The position numbers and the translations under genes are program-made. The notes beneath the pieces are model-generated. The model saw only the letters and a list, made by a program, of their open reading frames with translations. It was not told the DNA's origin and did no database searches. Source: Paraspadella gotoi (Eukaryota > Animalia > Chaetognatha). Taken from it: a stretch of DNA of 14,332 nt. The stretch covers positions 1 to 14,332 of the forward strand of contig JBJCIZ010000365.1 in the NCBI GenBank assembly GCA_051294375.1, in the 5' to 3' direction. Below, piece by piece: positions 10,096 through 14,332 of the stretch (position 1 is the first letter of the stretch; every line of letters begins with the position of its first letter).

Positions 10096-10939
10096 TCAAG
10101 GGTTGTCGTCGTTCATCTTTAAATCTTGTTCGTCCTCTTCGTCTTCGCCAAGGATGGCTCTCTCTTCCGCCGGAGTAAGTTCCGGGATCGTAGGAGAGGG
10201 TGGAAGGTGAGAGAGAGTCTCGGCGACCGAGACGAAGGAATCGTCGTCATCAGTTGACGCCAGAGTCGTCGATGAGGTCGCTGGTTGAATCGCCGTTGCT
10301 GACGATGAAGCAGAAGGGCCTGAGGTAGTTTCGTCGGTCGAATTCTCTATATAGAGCGTCGCCGTGGCCCTAAACTCCTCGCGAACGTCTTGGTTACGAA
10401 AACCATGAGGGTTCGACTCTCGTTGAAGTGTCGTCGAGGACTGACGTTTCTTTGAAGAGCGAGGGCGATCCTTACCCTCAAGCCAACGCTTGTAGCCTCG
10501 CCACCATTTCTCGTCGTGTTTCGAGAGCGTGCCGGATTGTAGACGCCGGTCTGCTTCGCGGCGAGAGTCGTCAACAGAACGAATCTTTGGTCGAACGGCT
10601 TGGTTTTCGTCCACCTTTTTCTTTTCTTCCTCTTCTTTCTTCTTTTCTTCCGCCTTTTTCTTTTCTTCCTCCCTCTTTCTTTCCTCCTCCTCCCTCTCCT
10701 CTCGTGCCTGCCTCTTCCTTTCCCCCAAATCTCTCCTCTGCTCCTCCTCCCTCCTCTCCTCCTCCTTCCTCTCCACCTCGCTCCGGGCGTCCACGGACGA
10801 CGCTAAGCTCGAAGTAGAACCAAAATCTCGCCTCTTTTTCTCCCGGACCTTCATGGCCAGCCAATCTTCATCAACTTGTTTGAGGAAGTACTCGACGCCA
10901 AGGGTTGAGTCGGGAGAGTCCGTGACGAGGGTTCCATGT
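10096..10939 (-). CDS. Accessory gene, exon 2: E/K/R-rich coiled-coil or charged single helix, Trp-containing basic segment, S/T-rich and acidic tail
   Basis: The frame of ORF 10096..10854 stays open upstream to the acceptor (HGTLVTDSPDSTLGVEYFLKQVDEDWLAMKVREKK...). It probably extends to 9959 if one C is missing in the CCC run before the TGA. Confidence 0.7.
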
Positions 10940-11129
10940 CTGTGTGGAGGGAAGAGAGGGGGAAGGGGAAGGGAGAAATCGAACGCGGAGGTGGAAAGGG
11001 AAGGAGAAGGGGAAAGGAAGAAAAGGGGTAAAAGGAAAAAAAATTCAAATTAATTAAATGTCATTAGTTAAGCACATGAATCAATTTTCGACGTTCAACT
11101 TTATCTCAAATTATTTCATTGTAAAAAAC
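10940..11129 (-). other. Predicted 190-nt phase-2 spliceosomal intron in the accessory gene
   Basis: GT at 11129-11128; branch-like TAACTAAT (11070-11063); ~100-nt polypyrimidine tract; no AG on the minus strand from 11098 to 10942; CACAG acceptor ending at 10940. The splice gives AG|A (Arg) and then CAT GGA ACC..., open and in frame with the 10854 ATG (84 nt downstream). Confidence 0.7.
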
Positions 11130-12289
11130 CTCCGTTGGCCAGGTTCTGTAGGCGTAGTCAAGTCGTGGATGGGGGTCGATGTTTGGTTGGGCGTATACAT
11201 AGGGATACGACCCAAAATGCCCGCCGACAGATCGTCGTTAATTTCGGATTCTCGGCGCGCCGCCCGCTCGGCCGCCTCCTCCTCTTCTACTCGATCGTAC
11301 CAGGATTTAACGGAGGTCGACTCCTGGAAGAGTGACAGCCCTGTGTCCTGGGGAGTTTGTATTTTGTTCGACGTAATTCCTTTTAGAGCGTCGAGGTTGA
11401 AGGGGTCGTTAGGATCGACTTCCTCTTCCATCTTTTCTTCTTCCTCATCTTCTTTCTCAACATCTTCCTCTACGGTGGAGAGAGGCCCGGCCGGTTGATG
11501 GCCAGTTACGGCCATCAAATCAGCCGGAGGTTTGGAGGCGCCTGCCACGGGGCCAAAATTGGCCTTCGCAGCGCGCGTCTCTTTCACCCACTTCCTGTGG
11601 TCGAACATCCTCTGGTTATGGATCGCCTGACGTCTCACGCTCCTCCTTTTCCTTCTTTGTCCCGGACGAGGGAGCGCGGGTGTCGCCTCCTCATCCGAGA
11701 CCCTTTCCTCCTCTCCCTCGGGCAAATCCGGCTCCGCCTCCAGGATCACCACCCGTCGCGCCGGTGGTACCGGTGCCGTCGGGGTGACTGGGGGCGGAGT
11801 CGGGACCCGGGTTCGAGGGGGAACCGCTGAGGGGCGTGAGACGTCGGAGGGCACGCGCCCGGAGGACGTGCCCTCCGCCGAGGTGTACGCTCCCAGGAAA
11901 CGCCGGGCCTCCTCTAGGCTTTGAAATGATCTCGTCTGCAGCGAAGCGACGGCTGAATCCGGGGCACTGGAGACGGTACAAACTGGGGACCAGTTGACTT
12001 GATCCGTAATGATCACTGATCGGGAGGGGCCGACGTCTCGAAGTCTCCAGAGCGCGGAGAGAGCGCCTTCTGGAGGGAGTAAGGCGATGAGGTCGCCGGC
12101 GTCCGCCCATGTCCCAAGCTGTGACTCGAACTCTTCCGCCGTCAGCGCACCGATCAAGGCGTACGCCGCGGCCTGATACTTTCGTCTGCCGAAAACAATC
12201 CATGCGGCAGACGCGCCCACGACGATAGGGTGGAACGTCATTATCGTCGTCGTCTTCCCGGGATAAACCGTTGAACGGGGGTTCGCCAT
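11130..12289 (-). CDS. Accessory (non-env) gene downstream of pol, exon 1: ~135-aa globular-looking N-terminal domain, then Pro-rich, basic and acidic low-complexity region
   Basis: 392-codon ORF (12289-11111) beginning ACG ATG G about 255 nt after the pol stop. It is GC-rich and CpG-rich like pol and bounded by AT-rich spacers. Candidate donor GAG|GTTTTT between 11130 and 11129, where GC content drops. Confidence 0.75.
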
Positions 12290-12543
12290 CGTAATTCAGG
12301 AAATATTATGAAAAATCGCTCTAAGACACAGTGACGAATTAAATATTATAATTAGATAACAGAGAAAATATATTTTTTGAACATTTATAAATAACTCAAC
12401 GGTACAAGAACACATATATTTTTTTTGAATTCATTTCACGTAAGTCGTAAAAATTCTATAATTCTCCTCATCATCGCGTTCGACCAAACTAAACGAATAG
12501 TCGTCGAGTTTGTCAACGATAATAATAACAAATCGCAAAATAG

Positions 12544-14332
12544 TTAATCGCATTCGAGGGGCACTAAACGATTAACGGTCGCGATCGAAATATTTGTCTC
12601 CTGCAGTTCGGACAGTCACGCGCCTTACGTGACTTCCGTTACCATGTCGACCACGCGTGCGAGCCTCCATTGATCTCTTGCTTTGAGCTCATCGACCATG
12701 AGCACGATCTGACCTTCTTTCAGGTTTTCTTGCGTGGTTGACCATTTTTGCCTTTCTTGCAGGGTAACCACGTATTCTTTTGTCCATCGATCCCAAAACT
12801 CGTCGCTAATTCGACGAGCCTCTTTCCAAGAGCTTCTGAAGCGCCTCGCCGTCGAGGATTCGGGAGGTACGATGACCCTTCTCGAGGGAGCTTGGACGCC
12901 GGGATACAAGAGATCTGCTGGCGTCAGCGCGTCGAGACTGTCCGGATCATCAGGACCCCCGTCAGCGGGGCGTCGATTGAGGATACCTTCGACTGACGCG
13001 AGAGCCGTTCGTCAGTACTTCGACGTGGAGTTTGTCTTTCCCGAGTAAGACCGTTAAATGTTTTTTCGTAGATTTTTATCAAGCGTTCCAAACGCCGCCC
13101 CAATGCGAAGCCAGGGGCGGAGAGAAGGTCCATTCGATCCCGTATTCGATCATACTCCGGGAGATCTGTTCGTTTTTCCATCTTTCGACCGCTGCCCTCA
13201 GTTCCGCATCGGCGCCGTGGAAATTTGCTTCCATTGTCGCTGTAGAAGCGTTTGGAGCCTGGACGACGCGCGTTGAATCGAATGAGGGCGTTGATGAAGG
13301 ACGAAGGCTGATAAATCGTGTAGTACTTCCGAGGTGGACCGCGCGCATTTTCATGCACGTGAAGAGGACAACCCATCGTTTCGCGCTACCGCGTCCTCCG
13401 TGTACGACGCGGAACGGCCGAATGCGTCGACGCCCGTTGCTTCAAAAGGGTGCTCCTTGGTCGAGTCGGTCGGCTGGTAAGTCTCCCATCTTTTGCGTCG
13501 CGGGGCAACGAAAATTCCTTTGACAGATAAACGCAGCGGCGCAGCAGTAGACGCAGTACCTGCCGCATCGAGGGGAAGAAGAAGCGGCGTCGAATCACGG
13601 ACATAACTTGTTCGACGCCCGCGTGTCCTTCCATGAAGTGCACGTGGCGTACGTAATCGTCGACGTTGTCGTCTTTCTTCGGGAGTACGATTGGGTGGCG
13701 GGTGCTATACGGAAGATTTGCCTTTCCGATTCTCCCGCCAACGCGGATGATGTCTTCGTCGTCGAGAAAGGGATTGAGCGAGCGAAGTTTCGATTTTTTG
13801 AGCGTGAGTTCCGCGCGTGAGTCCGGGGAACGAATCTTTTTCTCTTTGAGTTGGTGATCTGTCGGCATGTATTCTGTTTTGTAGAGCGGCGACCCAGCCA
13901 TTTTTTCGGCATCTTTCGTATCCTTTAACGTCGTAGTGCGAATTTTTTGTGGCTGAGCATTAGAGTCCAGTTTTAATGCTCGTCTCCATTCGATCCAACG
14001 GGTAATACATTTTTTCATTCCCGCGATCAAGTACAATTTTTTGCGAGTGTCCGACGTTTGTTTTGCGATACGCAAAACCCAGTTTTCTTTCGGTGTCTCA
14101 TCTTTTTTGCATTCCATTTCTTCCGCCTCAGTCGCAAAGACGTCTGACGCCAACGGTGTCGGGGAGAGCTTCTGTTCCGGCCACTCTTCTTCCGGACATC
14201 GGAGGAAATCAGGACCAGCGTGAAAGCGCGCCCATTTTGCGTCGTTGACGCAAAGACCACGACTGCAGTCATCGGCGGGGTTCTCGTCTGTGTGAACGTA
14301 TCTCCATTCGCTGACGTCCGTCAATTCCCTAA
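12544..14332 (-). mobile_element. pol: BEL/Pao (Belpaoviridae-type) LTR retrotransposon pol, 3' part: RNase H C-terminus + integrase; frameshifted; continues beyond the window
   Basis: Motifs read on the minus strand across shifting frames: WRYVHTDENPADDCSRG and W..GPDFL...EEEWP (BEL/Pao RNase H end); LNPFLDDEDIIRVGGRI...RHPIVLP; H-x4-H...C-x2-C zinc finger (HFMEGHAG...RRCV(Y)C); TGVDAFG (D, 13426-13428); KRWVVLFTCMKMRAVHL; FYSDNGSNF (D, 13236-13238); PPLASHWGGVWER (E, 13086-13088); ILNRRPLT; FWDRWTKEYVVTLQERQKW; WRLARV...VRRVTVRT...RLVPLECD* with stop at 12546-12544. RNase H-then-integrase order plus these motifs are characteristic of BEL/Pao. Confidence 0.96.

Noticed and set aside
9962-11830. 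Plus-strand and alternate-frame ORFs overlapping the accessory gene (e.g. 10428-10817, 10529-11053, 11058-11498, 11495-11830)
   Set aside because: Shadow ORFs of GC-rich or low-complexity coding sequence on the minus strand.
11111-12289. env (envelope glycoprotein) call for the post-pol ORF
   Set aside because: Only one Cys, no C-terminal transmembrane helix and mostly charged/disordered; the N-terminal hydrophobic stretch (IVVGASAAWIVFG) is short.
12734-14248. Plus-strand ORFs overlapping pol
   Set aside because: Antisense shadows of the RNase H/integrase coding region.

Overview
AT-rich eukaryotic (probably invertebrate) genomic DNA with many (GA)n tracts. It is indel-rich, like an unpolished long read or a recently decayed copy. 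The right end (12544-14332, minus strand) is the 3' part of a BEL/Pao LTR-retrotransposon pol: RNase H C-terminus, HHCC zinc finger, DDE integrase core and DUF5641-type tail, broken by many frameshifts. Directly downstream and in the same orientation are a 392-aa ORF and a 252-aa ORF. A 190-nt GT-AG intron (11129-10940) joins them exactly in frame into a non-env protein of ~667 aa (~713 aa if one homopolymer indel is corrected). This spliced accessory gene inside a BEL/Pao-type element is the main candidate for something new. Further down are a candidate polypurine tract and 3' LTR (8694 to ~7979 or ~7809) with a GC-rich, highly self-complementary core; an alternative LTR at 9170-9672 cannot be excluded. 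The left ~7.8 kb is mostly non-coding, with microsatellites, two foldback/palindromic elements and possible unidentifiable host exons.
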